64,000 nucleotides of DNA from Gemmatimonadales bacterium (GCA_035299765.1 DATGVZ010000066.1:8698-72697); one strand, 5' to 3'. Positions 36,323 to 46,682 are shown, counted from the stretch's first letter. The notes: a model not told the origin generated them from the letters alone. Translations and numbers: made by a program.

Positions 36323-37561
36323 ATGACCTTGGCCGCCAGCGGGGGGGGAGCCCGACGCTACGGGTTCGGGGCCCTCGCCCACCGCAACTTCCGTCTCTTC
36401 TTCATCGGTCAGGGCATCTCCCTCGTCGGCACGTGGATGCAGAACGTCGGCGAGGGGTGGTTGATCCTCACGCTGACCAACTCGCCGTTCTACGTCGGTC
36501 TCACCGCGGCCCTCAGCTCACTCGGCGTCTTGCTGTTCAGCCTCTACGCTGGCGTGGTCGCCGATCGCGTCGACAAGCGTCGCGTCATCATCTTCATGCA
36601 GCTCGCCTTCATGATCGAGGCGTTCACCGTCGCCATCCTCGTCTGGACCGGCGTCATCGCCGTCTGGCAGGTGCTGGTCCTGGCGACCGTCCTCGGCATC
36701 GCGAGCGGGTTCGATATCCCGATGCGGCAGTCGTTCATCGTCGACATGGTCGGCAAAGACGACTTGATGAACGCGATCGCGCTGAATTCATCGCTCTTCA
36801 ACGGCGCGCGCGTGATCGGGCCAGCCATCGCCGGCTTTCTGATCGGCGCGTTGGGCATCGCGTGGTGTTATTTCCTGAATGGCCTGAGCTACATCGCGGT
36901 CATCGCGGGCCTGCTGATGATGCGCCTACCCGCGACGATCCGGCCGCAGAAGACGACATCGACCTGGAGCGGTTTCCGCGAGGTACTGACCTTCTTGCGC
37001 GCTGACCGGCGCATCCGCTCGCTGATGATACAGACAGCGATTTTGAGCGTCTTTGGCTTTCCCTACATCGCAATGATGCCGGTCTTTGCACGCGATGTGT
37101 TGCATCGTGGCGCAGCCGGCTACGGCGCGCTCACGTCGTCCATCGGCATTGGCGCCGTCATTGGGGCACTGGGGATCGCACTCGCATCGGCGCGCATTCG
37201 CGCGCGCGGGCGTCTGATGTTGGTGGGAGGGACCGCATTCGGGATCCTCCTCATCCTCTTCTCGGCGTCCCGCTCGCTGGTCCTGTCCATGGTGCTGCTC
37301 GCGCTCGCGGGGTGCGCCATGATCGTGAATAACTCGATCACGAACACGCTGCTCCAGACCGCCGCGCCCGATCATCTGCGCGGCCGCATCATGGGGTTCT
37401 ATTCTTTTGTGTTCGTGGGGATGGCGCCGTTCGGCGCGTTCATATTCGGGCTCGTGGCCGAGCACGTGGGAGTCCCGCACACGCTCGCGGCGGGTGGAGC
37501 GATTGTCGCGCTGGCCGTCGTCATTACTGCGATCCGCGTGCCGGAGCTACGCCAAGCCTAA
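36323..37561 (+). CDS. MFS transporter (EntS/DUF894-like)
   Basis: 412 aa, 12 predicted helices. N-terminus ...FRLFFIGQGISLVGTWMQ..., and the loop motif VADRVDKRR. Confidence 0.8.
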   Translation: MTLAASGGGARRYGFGALAHRNFRLFFIGQGISLVGTWMQNVGEGWLILTLTNSPFYVGLTAALSSLGVLLFSLYAGVVADRVDKRRVIIFMQLAFMIEAFTVAILVWTGVIAVWQVLVLATVLGIASGFDIPMRQSFIVDMVGKDDLMNAIALNSSLFNGARVIGPAIAGFLIGALGIAWCYFLNGLSYIAVIAGLLMMRLPATIRPQKTTSTWSGFREVLTFLRADRRIRSLMIQTAILSVFGFPYIAMMPVFARDVLHRGAAGYGALTSSIGIGAVIGALGIALASARIRARGRLMLVGGTAFGILLILFSASRSLVLSMVLLALAGCAMIVNNSITNTLLQTAAPDHLRGRIMGFYSFVFVGMAPFGAFIFGLVAEHVGVPHTLAAGGAIVALAVVITAIRVPELRQA

Positions 37562-38184
37562 TTCCAGCCGCGTCGCTTTACCTCGGCGACAATGAGCTCG
37601 GCTGCACCGTCGAACCCCAGCCGCTCCGCGTTCAACACGATGTCATACTGTGTAAGGTCCTGCCGATCGCGCCCGTAATGCGTCTCGACGTACTCATCGC
37701 GCTGCCGATCGGTCTCTTCCATCAGTTTCGCGGCATTCGCGGGATCGACGCCCAGTCTCTCGACGGCGACCTTCTTCCGGAACGCTTTCGATGCGATCAC
37801 GTAGACGTGCAGCGCGTTCGGTCGCATCGCCAGGATTGCCTGCGCACCGCGTCCGACAAGCACCACTCGCCCCTCGTTCGCCGCCTCCGTGATGACACGC
37901 TCGGTCATCTTGACGATGGTCTGCTCCTCAGTCTCGACGAGGGGCGGTGACCCGCCGGTGCTGACGAACATCTCCGGGGACGCGACGGCCAGTGTGCGTG
38001 CCAGCCGCTCCAGGAGACCCGGCGCGCGCTCTTCGCGACGCGCGACTTCGTCCGGGGACAGGCCCGCGAAGCGCGCCACCTGATCGACGAACTCGTTGTC
38101 GATCAGCGTCCACCCCAGCCGCCGGACGACCAGGCGGCCGATCTCCGAGCCGCCGGACGCGTACTGCCGCGTGATCGTGACGAG
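37558..38184 (-). CDS. Cytidylate kinase-like family protein (Cytidylate_kin2); no canonical start codon upstream of the conserved N-terminus
   Basis: Track ORF 37558..38079 starts at a GTG. The same frame upstream reads ...KPLVTITRQYASGGSEIGRLVVRRLGWTLIDNEFVDQVARFAGL, the family's conserved N-terminus, and I found no ATG/GTG/TTG back to the in-frame TGA. The 5' end is approximate. Confidence 0.7.
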   Translation of the reverse strand, partial: LVTITRQYASGGSEIGRLVVRRLGWTLIDNEFVDQVARFAGLSPDEVARREERAPGLLERLARTLAVASPEMFVSTGGSPPLVETEEQTIVKMTERVITEAANEGRVVLVGRGAQAILAMRPNALHVYVIASKAFRKKVAVERLGVDPANAAKLMEETDRQRDEYVETHYGRDRQDLTQYDIVLNAERLGFDGAAELIVAEVKRRGWN

Positions 38185-38189
38185 CGGCT

Positions 38190-39116
38190 TTACGGCTGAC
38201 GAAGATTGCGTCGGAGATCTCCGATATTGAGCATCGGAATGCCGCCCTGCGTGGGCACGAGAATGACGAGGTTGTTCGACGACTTCAGCTCACGCAGCAC
38301 GTCGAAGTACTGCCGCGTCAGCGCTTCCGGCGTGAGGGTCGTGTTGAGGAGACGTTGCTGCTCGGCCTGCAACCGGGCGACCTCGACGCGGTGACGCTCG
38401 GTTTCCACCTGCTGCTCCTGCGCGATCTTGTTGTTGATCGCCTGGACGACCTGCGCGGGCGGCTGCAGGTCCCGCAAGAAGAACGCCGTGACCTGCGCGA
38501 TCCGGAATGGCGGCCCGCCGGCGCGCGGCTGGGTGACGAGCGCGGAATCGACGAGCGCTTCCATGGTCTGCGCGATCTTGGTGCGCTTGGAGATGTCGTT
38601 GATCGAGTACTGCACCATGCCGTCGCGCACGCCCTTGCGGATGGCATTGCGGACGGCGCTGTGGATCTGGTTCTCGTCTCCGATCTCCGTGTAGATGCGC
38701 GCTGCCTGCTGCGGATCGATCTGCCAGCGGATGCCGACGTCCACGGTCATCCCCATCTGTTCGCTGGAGAGGGCCGCAATCTCCTCCACCTGATCGCCGG
38801 TGAACGGGTACTGCTCTTCGCGCGTCGTGAAGTGCTCGACCGATGACCAGGGTGTGACCACGCGGATGCCCGGCAGCAGCGGTTTCGGATCCACGAAGCC
38901 GAACGCATGGCGCACGCCGACTTGGCCCGCGTTGATCACCACCAACGTCGATCCGAGGACGACCAGCACGCCGACAAACAGCGCGACATAACTCAGGATA
39001 CGGAGTGTCCCGCTGATCGGCCGGCCGGCGGCAGTCTCACCGCGCACGGTGGCGGCGCCGAGGCGAAGGAAGAAGGCTACCGCGAGGAGTACAAGCCCAA
39101 AGACAAGCTCTCCCAT
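38190..39116 (-). CDS. SPFH/band 7 (prohibitin/HflC-like) membrane protein
   Basis: N-terminal TM helix, an SPFH core (...VINAGQVGVRHAFG...), and a C-terminal coiled coil (QQVETERHRVEVARLQAEQQR). Confidence 0.85.
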   Translation of the reverse strand: MGELVFGLVLLAVAFFLRLGAATVRGETAAGRPISGTLRILSYVALFVGVLVVLGSTLVVINAGQVGVRHAFGFVDPKPLLPGIRVVTPWSSVEHFTTREEQYPFTGDQVEEIAALSSEQMGMTVDVGIRWQIDPQQAARIYTEIGDENQIHSAVRNAIRKGVRDGMVQYSINDISKRTKIAQTMEALVDSALVTQPRAGGPPFRIAQVTAFFLRDLQPPAQVVQAINNKIAQEQQVETERHRVEVARLQAEQQRLLNTTLTPEALTRQYFDVLRELKSSNNLVILVPTQGGIPMLNIGDLRRNLRQP

Positions 39117-39140
39117 GGCGACTCCCGGATGTGAAAGGAA

Positions 39141-40616
39141 TTACGTAAAGAGGTTGGGTCCTGGTCCGGGCCCCTTGAATGGAGGCTTCGGTTCGCTGCG
39201 CGCCCGGACATAGCCGAGCTCCTCGCTGCGCGCGATGCGTTTCTCAGCGACCAGTCCTTCGAGCACCAATTCGCACGCCGAAACCATCGTGGCGGGATCT
39301 TTCTTGCCGGCGAGACCGACCTGATCCACCAGATCGAGCAAGCCGGGAACGACGGTAAACCCCTTGAGGAGTGCCTCGGAGCGCTCGTCGGGCGTGATCT
39401 TCAGCGCGCCGCCTTCGTCGAACCAGTGAACGATGTCGTCCACGTTTGCGCCACCGACACGGCCTTCGAATGTCCGCCCCGCCGCGCGTCGAATCAAATC
39501 CTTGGCGATCGTCTCCGCGCCCTGGAGCTCGCCTTCGTACTCGAGCTCGAGCTTGCCGGTGATGGCGGGAAGCGCCGCATACACGTCGGAGATTCGCGGC
39601 ACGACGGTCTTCTCTTTCGTCAGAATCGTGCGGCGCTCGGCATTCGACAGCACGTTATCGAGAACGCTGATCGGCAGCCGCTGCGACACCCCGCTGCGGC
39701 GATCCACGCGTTTGTCATCGCGCGCTTCGAACGCGATTCGCTCGATCAGCTCCGCCATGAAGTCGGGAACGCGAATCGAGCGTCCGCCGCCGTTGCGCTC
39801 GACCCACGCTTCCTGTCGCGTGATCGTGGATCCGAGCTCCACCGTGAGCGGGTAGTGGGTCGTGATCTCTGAACCGATCCGGTCCTTGAGCGGCGTGATG
39901 ATCTTCCCGCGGGCCGTGTAGTCCTCGGGGTTGGCGGTGAAGACGAGCGCCACATCGAGGTTGAGGCGGACGGGATAACCTTTGATCTGGACGTCGCCTT
40001 CCTGCATGATGTTGAACAAGCCCACCTGAATCTTGCCCGCGAGATCGGGAAGCTCGTTGATCGCGAAGATGGCGCGGTTCGCGCGGGGCAAGAGCCCGAA
40101 ATGCATCGTGAGCTCGTCGGACAGCAGGTGCCCGCCGCGCGCGGCCTTGATCGGATCGACGTCCCCGATGATGTCGGCGATGGTGACGTCCGGCGTCGCC
40201 AACTTTTCGACGAAGCGCAGCTCGCGCGCCAGCCAGGCGATCGGCGTCTTGTCGCCGCGCTCGGCGAGCAGCTCGCGGCCGTACTTGGAGATCGGCTCGA
40301 ACGGATCGTCGTTGACTTCGCTGCCCGCGAGAATGGGAATCTCTTCGTCGAGCAGCGTGATGAGCTGGCGCAGGATGCGGCTCTTCGCCTGACCGCGCAG
40401 GCCGAGCAGAATGAAGTTGTGGCGGGAGAGAATCGCGTTGACGAGCTGCGGAATGACGGTTTCCTCATAGCCCACGATGCCGGGAAACAGCATCGAGCCG
40501 TTTTCGAGCAGGCAGATCAGATTCTCGCGCATCTCGTCCTTGACGGTGCGTTGGCGGCGAGCGGGACTGGCCCACTCCGTTTGTTTCAGCTCAGCAAGAG
40601 TCGTTGCTTGTGTCAT
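39141..40616 (-). CDS. AAA+ ATPase of the Mg-chelatase subunit I (ChlI/BchI)-like family
   Basis: [35 protein letters not shown] (Walker A-like), AINELPDL (Walker B), and sensor/Arg-finger regions. 491 aa. Confidence 0.8.
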   Translation of the reverse strand: MTQATTLAELKQTEWASPARRQRTVKDEMRENLICLLENGSMLFPGIVGYEETVIPQLVNAILSRHNFILLGLRGQAKSRILRQLITLLDEEIPILAGSEVNDDPFEPISKYGRELLAERGDKTPIAWLARELRFVEKLATPDVTIADIIGDVDPIKAARGGHLLSDELTMHFGLLPRANRAIFAINELPDLAGKIQVGLFNIMQEGDVQIKGYPVRLNLDVALVFTANPEDYTARGKIITPLKDRIGSEITTHYPLTVELGSTITRQEAWVERNGGGRSIRVPDFMAELIERIAFEARDDKRVDRRSGVSQRLPISVLDNVLSNAERRTILTKEKTVVPRISDVYAALPAITGKLELEYEGELQGAETIAKDLIRRAAGRTFEGRVGGANVDDIVHWFDEGGALKITPDERSEALLKGFTVVPGLLDLVDQVGLAGKKDPATMVSACELVLEGLVAEKRIARSEELGYVRARSEPKPPFKGPGPGPNLFT

Positions 40617-40634
40617 GGCTCGACGTTAATCCCT

Positions 40635-43400
40635 TCAACCCGTGCTCTGCAACCCTTGCGCTATCCCGCGTACACTTGCCAGCAGCGCCCGAAACACGTC
40701 GTTGTCTGGGCGCCCGTCGGCGCGCCACCGCTCCAACAGATCGACTTGGAGCAGACTCATCGGGTCCACATATGGATTGCGGAGCAGAATAGAGCGCTGC
40801 AGCGCCGGATCGGAGTCGAGCAGCGCGTTCTCCCGCTTCAACGCGAGCACGTTGGCCACGGTGCGATCGAACTCCGTCCGAATTACAGGCAAGTAACGTT
40901 CGCCGAGCTCGCCGGCGAGGCACGCGTATCGCGCGGCGATGGAGAGATCTGCGGTGCCGAGCACCATCTCGACGTCGTCGATGAGCGCCCGCAGAAAAGG
41001 CCACTCGACGAGGATGTCACTAAGCGTCGCCGTGCCGTAGCGCTCTGCCGCGCGGTCGAGCGCCGTACCCAGGCCATACCAACCGGGCAGCAGGTGACGG
41101 CTCTGAGTCCAGGCGAACACCCAGGGGATCGCGCGCAGCCGCTCGATCTCGCCGCTCTGCTGCTCCTCGTTCAGGCGTGACGCTGGGCGACTGCCGATTT
41201 CCATGCGCTGGATGACGTCGATCGGAGTTGCCAGCCGGAAGTACTCCACGAAGCGCGGGTCGTCGTAGACCAGAGCGCGGTATGCCGCCCGGCTGTCGCG
41301 AGCGATGTCGTCCATGATGGTGGTCCAACCGCTCTCGCGAGCGTCTGGCGCGCGGGGGGGGGGCAGGGCGGTCGCGAGCGTCACGGCGCTCACGGTCTGC
41401 TCGAGCGTTCGCATGGCGATGCCGCGCAGGCCGTACTTCGCGTTGATGACCTCGCCCTGTTCCGTGACCCGGAGGCGTCCCCGGACGGATCCCGCGGGTG
41501 AGCTCAGAATCGCGCTCGCGATCTTGCCGCCGCCGCGGCTGACTGTGCCGCCGCGTCCGTGAAAGAAGGTGAGGTCGACGCCAGACCGATCCAACGTCTC
41601 GACGAGCGCCGCCTGCGCCCGCTGCAGCGCCCAGCGCGCCGCGCCGATCCCCGCGTCCTTGTTGCTGTCGGAGTACCCGATCATCACCACCTGGTGCATA
41701 CCGCGTTCGGCGAGGTGGGCGCGGTAATAGGGGTCGTCCAGTAGTGCACCTATGACGTCGGGCGCGTCTTCGAGGTCGGCCACCGTCTCGAAGAGGGGCG
41801 CGACGTCCAGTGCGATGTGCTTGGTTCCCGTCCGCGCGAGCCCGCCCCAACGACCCAGGAGAAGAACCGCGAGGACGTCGTCTGCTCCTTGTGTCATGCT
41901 GATGATGTACGGTCCCAGGGCGTCCGGCCCAAAGCGCGCGCGGCACTCGGCGATCGCCTTGAATACGTCCAGCGTGCGCGTGGCTTGGTCGTCAGGAGAT
42001 CCCGATGGCTGCTCTCCTTGCTCGAGTGCGCGTCGCAGCCGCGCGAGGCGGTGAGCGGGAGTTCGATTACCCCAATCGGGGTCGCGCAACAGGGTCGCGA
42101 GCACGGCGCGATGGACATGCGCGTGTTGTCGCACGTCGATCGTGGCCAGGTGAAAGCCGAACGTTTCGACGCGGCGCAGCAGCCGCTGCACAGCGAACAA
42201 TCCCGCGTGCTCGCCGCGGTGCGCGCGCAAACTCGCAATCACCGCGCCCAGATCGCGCTCCAGCTCGCCGGCAGTGGCGTAGCCGTTCGACGGGGACTCA
42301 TCGCGTCGCGTCGCATCGAGGCGCGCCGCCATCAGGCTGAACAGCAGGCGGTATGGCATATCGTGATAGCGCGATGGAATCGCGGCCAGCGTCTTGGGGA
42401 ATTGGGCGCCATACGTCGCGACGCACTCGCGCACGGCGTCGCTCACGCCGGTGCGCGCTCCCGACTGCGACAGGCGTCGCGCCAGCTCTGCTGCCTCGCG
42501 GCGGTACAGCGCGACCACCAACTCACGTTGGCGCGCCAGTGCCGAGCGCAGCGTGTCACCGCCGGCGTTGGGATTGCCGTCCATGTCCCCGCCAACCCAC
42601 GACCCGAAGCGCAGGACCGGCCGTGTCGGCACCTGGATGTCGTACACATTGCGGACGGCCTGCTCCAACTCTTCGTAGAACGGCGGGACGATGCGGTAGA
42701 CGACGTCCGTCAGATAGAAGAGCACGTTCTCGAGCTCATCCATCACCGTGGGACGCGCCGAAGGCTGCGGATCGGTCTGCCAGGTGATGGTGACTTCTTC
42801 GCGAATCCGCGCCAGTGTGGCGCGCTCTTCATCGGGCGTGCGCGACGGATCGAGCCGCTCCACGAGCAGCCGGCCGATCACCTGCTCCTTCTCGAGCAGC
42901 GTGCGCCTGGTCGCTTCGGTCGGATGCGCGGTGAATACCGGCTCGATCCGCAGCCGCTGGAGCAGGGCCGCGATCTGTGGCGGGGGGATGTTCGCCGCCG
43001 CCAGCCGCCCGACCGTGGCTTTGAGACTGCCCTCCTGCGGATCGCTCGCGCTGCGCAGATAAGCGCGGCGTCGCCGGATGCGGTGAATCCGCTCGGCGAG
43101 GTTGACGACTTCGAAGTAGGTCGAGAACGCGCGGACCAGCGTTTCGGCATCGCGCGGCGGCAAGCCACGCACCAGCGCATGCAGCTCGTCATCCGCTGAG
43201 GCGATCGCGGCGCGGCGGGCGCGCTCGACGAGCTGGAAGAACGGGTCGCCACACTGCTCGCGCAAAACGTCCCCGACGAGTGCGCCGAGCGTGCGGACGT
43301 CGTCGCGCAGCTGCGCGTCCTTCGGGGCAAACTCGACCTCGCGGCGAACGCTCAGGGAGCCTCGGCGGGTGTGAAGAGCCGGGCCGCGGCGACTCCCCAC
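40635..43400 (-). CDS. ppc: Phosphoenolpyruvate carboxylase
   Basis: VFTAHPTEATRRT, ...GYSDSNKDAG..., ...FHGRGGTVSRGGG..., and the C-terminal ...GIAQGLQSTG. GTG 43400 is the only start in frame. It overlaps the upstream gene end by about 49 nt. Confidence 0.92.
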   Translation of the reverse strand: MGSRRGPALHTRRGSLSVRREVEFAPKDAQLRDDVRTLGALVGDVLREQCGDPFFQLVERARRAAIASADDELHALVRGLPPRDAETLVRAFSTYFEVVNLAERIHRIRRRRAYLRSASDPQEGSLKATVGRLAAANIPPPQIAALLQRLRIEPVFTAHPTEATRRTLLEKEQVIGRLLVERLDPSRTPDEERATLARIREEVTITWQTDPQPSARPTVMDELENVLFYLTDVVYRIVPPFYEELEQAVRNVYDIQVPTRPVLRFGSWVGGDMDGNPNAGGDTLRSALARQRELVVALYRREAAELARRLSQSGARTGVSDAVRECVATYGAQFPKTLAAIPSRYHDMPYRLLFSLMAARLDATRRDESPSNGYATAGELERDLGAVIASLRAHRGEHAGLFAVQRLLRRVETFGFHLATIDVRQHAHVHRAVLATLLRDPDWGNRTPAHRLARLRRALEQGEQPSGSPDDQATRTLDVFKAIAECRARFGPDALGPYIISMTQGADDVLAVLLLGRWGGLARTGTKHIALDVAPLFETVADLEDAPDVIGALLDDPYYRAHLAERGMHQVVMIGYSDSNKDAGIGAARWALQRAQAALVETLDRSGVDLTFFHGRGGTVSRGGGKIASAILSSPAGSVRGRLRVTEQGEVINAKYGLRGIAMRTLEQTVSAVTLATALPPPRAPDARESGWTTIMDDIARDSRAAYRALVYDDPRFVEYFRLATPIDVIQRMEIGSRPASRLNEEQQSGEIERLRAIPWVFAWTQSRHLLPGWYGLGTALDRAAERYGTATLSDILVEWPFLRALIDDVEMVLGTADLSIAARYACLAGELGERYLPVIRTEFDRTVANVLALKRENALLDSDPALQRSILLRNPYVDPMSLLQVDLLERWRADGRPDNDVFRALLASVRGIAQGLQSTG

Positions 43401-46297
43401 GCAGCGAGATCGAGCGACGCCCGTCCGTCACTGGCCACTGGGATCGCCTCGCCATTCTGCTCGACCAGATTGGTGCGCCGCGCGAGCTTGAAGGCGTACG
43501 CGGCGGGCCATATGCCAACGGCGCGGGCCTGCCCCGCGACGTCGAGCAGCTTGACGATCACGCCGTCACCGTCGTCCGCTGGTTTTGCGCCGACGATCAT
43601 CACGTTCTTATCGGCATAGAACAGCGCGCGATCCTTGGCAATCAACGGTCCCGGAGTCTCGTTTGAGTAGGACGGGCTGACATAGAGGGGATCGCACGCC
43701 GCCCAGCCGCGCCGCACCGGTTCGGTTAGATCACCCGGCGCGAGCAGCGACAGTCTGAAGCGAAACGTCGCAGCGCCCCCCTGCGATGCGGCGTAGTTCG
43801 TATGCCAGTAGTTGTTCATCGCGTATGCGAACAGCGTCCCGTCGGGGACGATGCTCCGGCGCCACGCTCCCCGCACGAGATCGTTCAACGTGAACAGAGG
43901 AGTATCGGGTGCGCTCCACAGCAGCCCGTCCGCACCTTCGCGCAGCCAGACCCAGTGAGTGTGACAGTACCAGTCGCGGCAGCTGCCTGGCTGCTGATCG
44001 CGGTCGACGGTCATGCGCCCCAACGGCACTTCGAGCTCCACGGTCGGATTCGTGAATGAGAATGGGAACGCGACGTAGAGTGCTTCTTTCGCAAGCGTCG
44101 GCGTCTTGACGATGCGATTCTCGATGTCGATCCAGGGCAGCTCGTCGTACAGTGTTACAGTCGAGGTGATCGAAGGAAATCCTTCGAGCGACCGATCCAC
44201 GACCAGCCGCACACCGATCCCGGGTAGCCGTTCGCGCCGGCATCTGACCAACTTCGCCTGAGTGAGCGAAAGCTGCGGCGGATTCTTGAGATCGTTGCGG
44301 TCCCCGGAGGTCCATAACGCGCTGTGCTCACCGCCGAGCGCGTAAACGAGCTGGTTCAATCCCGACCACCCGGAGACCTTCACGCGCTCCTTGCCGTCGG
44401 GTCCCGAAAACGACCGAATGGCGCCACTTGCGGGATCGATGCGGACGCTGAAGCCCCCGGCCGTGGCATCGAGCCCGTTCCCATCACTCGTTGCTGTTCG
44501 GGCTGCGCGATCGGCTTCAGTCACAGCCAGGTAGCCAACCGACGGGACTTCGCGGAACAGCACCAGCGCGTCGCCATCCTCGAGATCCACGGACGGTAAT
44601 TCGCGGCCTTCGTGCGTGAACGATTTGCCTGCGCCGGCCGGGACCCGCGCGAGATCGCTGCGCTCCCAGGTGCCCGCGTTGAGTACCAGCCGGCCGCGAC
44701 CGGCCCGCGTCGCGCGGCCCAACCTCATGAGTCCGTCGCGGAGGTCGTCGCGCGCGGCGGCGGCGCCGGCTTCGATGAATCGCTTCTTGTATGCCCACTG
44801 CGCGACGGTTTGGCGAGACGTGGGATCGGAGACGCTGACGTCCGCGCCCCACGTGTGCTCGCCAAAGAGCAGCAGGTCGCGCCACATTGTCGCCCGATCG
44901 GCGGCCCGGTCGCGTCGCTGCTGCACGGAATTCTCATCGCGCGGCTCGATGCGATCGTCCCACAACGCGACGATTTCGGCGGCACGAGCGGCCAATTGCG
45001 CAGACCGAAACGCGGCGAGCTCCGCCGCCGTCGAGGCCGCGCCGTCTTCCCAGTACGTGCCGGTATCACCGCGACGCACGGGGATTCGCGGTCCGTAGCG
45101 GCGTTCCACATCGCGGAAGAACTCATCGGAACGGCCGGTGACGATGCGCGGAAAGACATAGCGGCGGCCGAATTCCTCCACATTCGCGACCATCGCTTCC
45201 TTCATAGGGGCGTTGTCCTGCCAATCGGCCCCATACAGCAAGGCGGTGTCGTAAGGCCAATCCTGCGCCAGCAATGCGGGTTGGTTGAGGAGCCACTCGG
45301 AAAGACGATGGGCCATTTCATCGGGGCCGGCCTCGAACCCGAAGCGCGCGCCATCGCCATAGTGATGCGCGCGCCAATGCAGCACCCGGCTGCCGTCCGG
45401 TCCCTCCCAGTAGTAGAGCTGTGGGTAGACGGTCCCCTCGCCACGAGCAGTTGCCGGCAGGAGTGGCGCGGCGCGGTCCGGATTGGCGCCGCTCGCCAGG
45501 TACTTCACGCCGCTCGCCGCGAGCAGCATGGGAAACGTCAGCGTTTGGCCGGGAACGTCGGTAATCTGTGCCGTTGCGAACGTCAGCCCGCGCTCTCTTG
45601 CGAGTTTTCCCGCCGGCCACACGAGCCGCGCGAATGTCTCGTGATCGAGAAGTCCCGTGAGCATGTTCGCGAACAGCGCTTGCCATCCAATCCTGCCGTC
45701 GCGGAGGGCCTGCAGGAGTGCGTCGCCCGCCTCGCTCGACCGATTCTCCAAATAGGAGAGAACCTGCAGCGCGCACTCGGCGGTGAATCGAAAATCGCGA
45801 TGACTCGAGAGCCGCGCGACTGCCGCATCGAGGTTGCGGCGATGGATCTCGAGCGCGCGTTCCTGGAGATCGGTGTAGCCGACGTCGGTGTGAATCGAGG
45901 CGAGCCAATACAGCGTCCACCGTTTCGGCGGCGTGACGCGCACGCGCCGGCGCGCCACGCGGTCTCGTCCGACTTCGACGTCGACTTGATATTCTGATGG
46001 CTCGGAGAGCGGCACCCAGAGCTCGCCGCTCAACGTCGCTCCTTCCGGCGAGGGGAGTAGCCCGGCGGTGCCGACGAGCGCACCGCGCCGATCGGTGACG
46101 CGGGCGCGGGCCGCCGGTGCGCTGAGTCCCGCGACGGTGATGCGCGCCAGGTTTTTGTGGCCATCGGGTTGTTGAAACAGCGCGGTGGGACGGACATCGA
46201 TCACCGGTTGTTGCGACGGCGTTCCAGAAATGGAACGACGCAGCGCCGGTATCGTCGCGGCCAATGCAAGGAATGAGCGACGATCAAAATGGGGCAT
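43352..46297 (-). CDS. Glycoside hydrolase family 38 (alpha-mannosidase-like), Tat-signal
   Basis: Twin-Arg leader MPHFDRRSFLALAATIPAL. The N-terminal GH38 core has ...WLASIHTDVGYTDLQ.... 981 aa. Confidence 0.75.
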   Translation of the reverse strand: MPHFDRRSFLALAATIPALRRSISGTPSQQPVIDVRPTALFQQPDGHKNLARITVAGLSAPAARARVTDRRGALVGTAGLLPSPEGATLSGELWVPLSEPSEYQVDVEVGRDRVARRRVRVTPPKRWTLYWLASIHTDVGYTDLQERALEIHRRNLDAAVARLSSHRDFRFTAECALQVLSYLENRSSEAGDALLQALRDGRIGWQALFANMLTGLLDHETFARLVWPAGKLARERGLTFATAQITDVPGQTLTFPMLLAASGVKYLASGANPDRAAPLLPATARGEGTVYPQLYYWEGPDGSRVLHWRAHHYGDGARFGFEAGPDEMAHRLSEWLLNQPALLAQDWPYDTALLYGADWQDNAPMKEAMVANVEEFGRRYVFPRIVTGRSDEFFRDVERRYGPRIPVRRGDTGTYWEDGAASTAAELAAFRSAQLAARAAEIVALWDDRIEPRDENSVQQRRDRAADRATMWRDLLLFGEHTWGADVSVSDPTSRQTVAQWAYKKRFIEAGAAAARDDLRDGLMRLGRATRAGRGRLVLNAGTWERSDLARVPAGAGKSFTHEGRELPSVDLEDGDALVLFREVPSVGYLAVTEADRAARTATSDGNGLDATAGGFSVRIDPASGAIRSFSGPDGKERVKVSGWSGLNQLVYALGGEHSALWTSGDRNDLKNPPQLSLTQAKLVRCRRERLPGIGVRLVVDRSLEGFPSITSTVTLYDELPWIDIENRIVKTPTLAKEALYVAFPFSFTNPTVELEVPLGRMTVDRDQQPGSCRDWYCHTHWVWLREGADGLLWSAPDTPLFTLNDLVRGAWRRSIVPDGTLFAYAMNNYWHTNYAASQGGAATFRFRLSLLAPGDLTEPVRRGWAACDPLYVSPSYSNETPGPLIAKDRALFYADKNVMIVGAKPADDGDGVIVKLLDVAGQARAVGIWPAAYAFKLARRTNLVEQNGEAIPVASDGRASLDLAAWGVAAARLFTPAEAP

Positions 46298-46379
46298 GAT
46301 TCCTATAATTTAGCGATGCTTGACTGTGTGAGTCCTCCGTGTACGTTTCGCCGTCCCCCAGCCCTCAACAGGAGCTCGC

Positions 46380-46625
46380 ATGAAGCGCATCGCATTGGTC
46401 GTGGCGCTCGTCGTCATGGCCGCAGGCGCGTGTAAGAAGGCGCAACAGAGCGGCAGCATGGCTGCCGACAGCGCGCGAATGGCCGACTCGATGAAAATGG
46501 CCGATTCGATGAAGATGACGAGGACGGACACGACGCATCACATGGCCGCCGACACGTCGAAGGCTCGCATGGATACCACGCATGCGCGTCGTCCAGCTCG
46601 TCGTCCAGCGACACGGCGTCCGTAA
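46380..46625 (+). CDS. Small Met/His-rich lipoprotein
   Basis: Lipobox VVMAAGAC. Tandem MADSMK-MADSMK (an 18-nt DNA duplication) plus HHM. AGGAG lies 6 nt before the ATG, and a strong terminator follows. Confidence 0.65.
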   Translation: MKRIALVVALVVMAAGACKKAQQSGSMAADSARMADSMKMADSMKMTRTDTTHHMAADTSKARMDTTHARRPARRPATRRP

Positions 46626-46652
46626 TCGCGCTTGTCGTTTCGAAGGGAATCA

Positions 46653-46682
46653 AGCCCGGGTGCTCCCCGGGCTTTTGATTTT
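46653..46682. terminator. Intrinsic terminator between convergent genes
   Basis: AGCCCGGG-TGCTC-CCCGGGCT (a perfect 8-bp GC stem) followed by TTTGATTTT on the plus strand. Confidence 0.8.
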
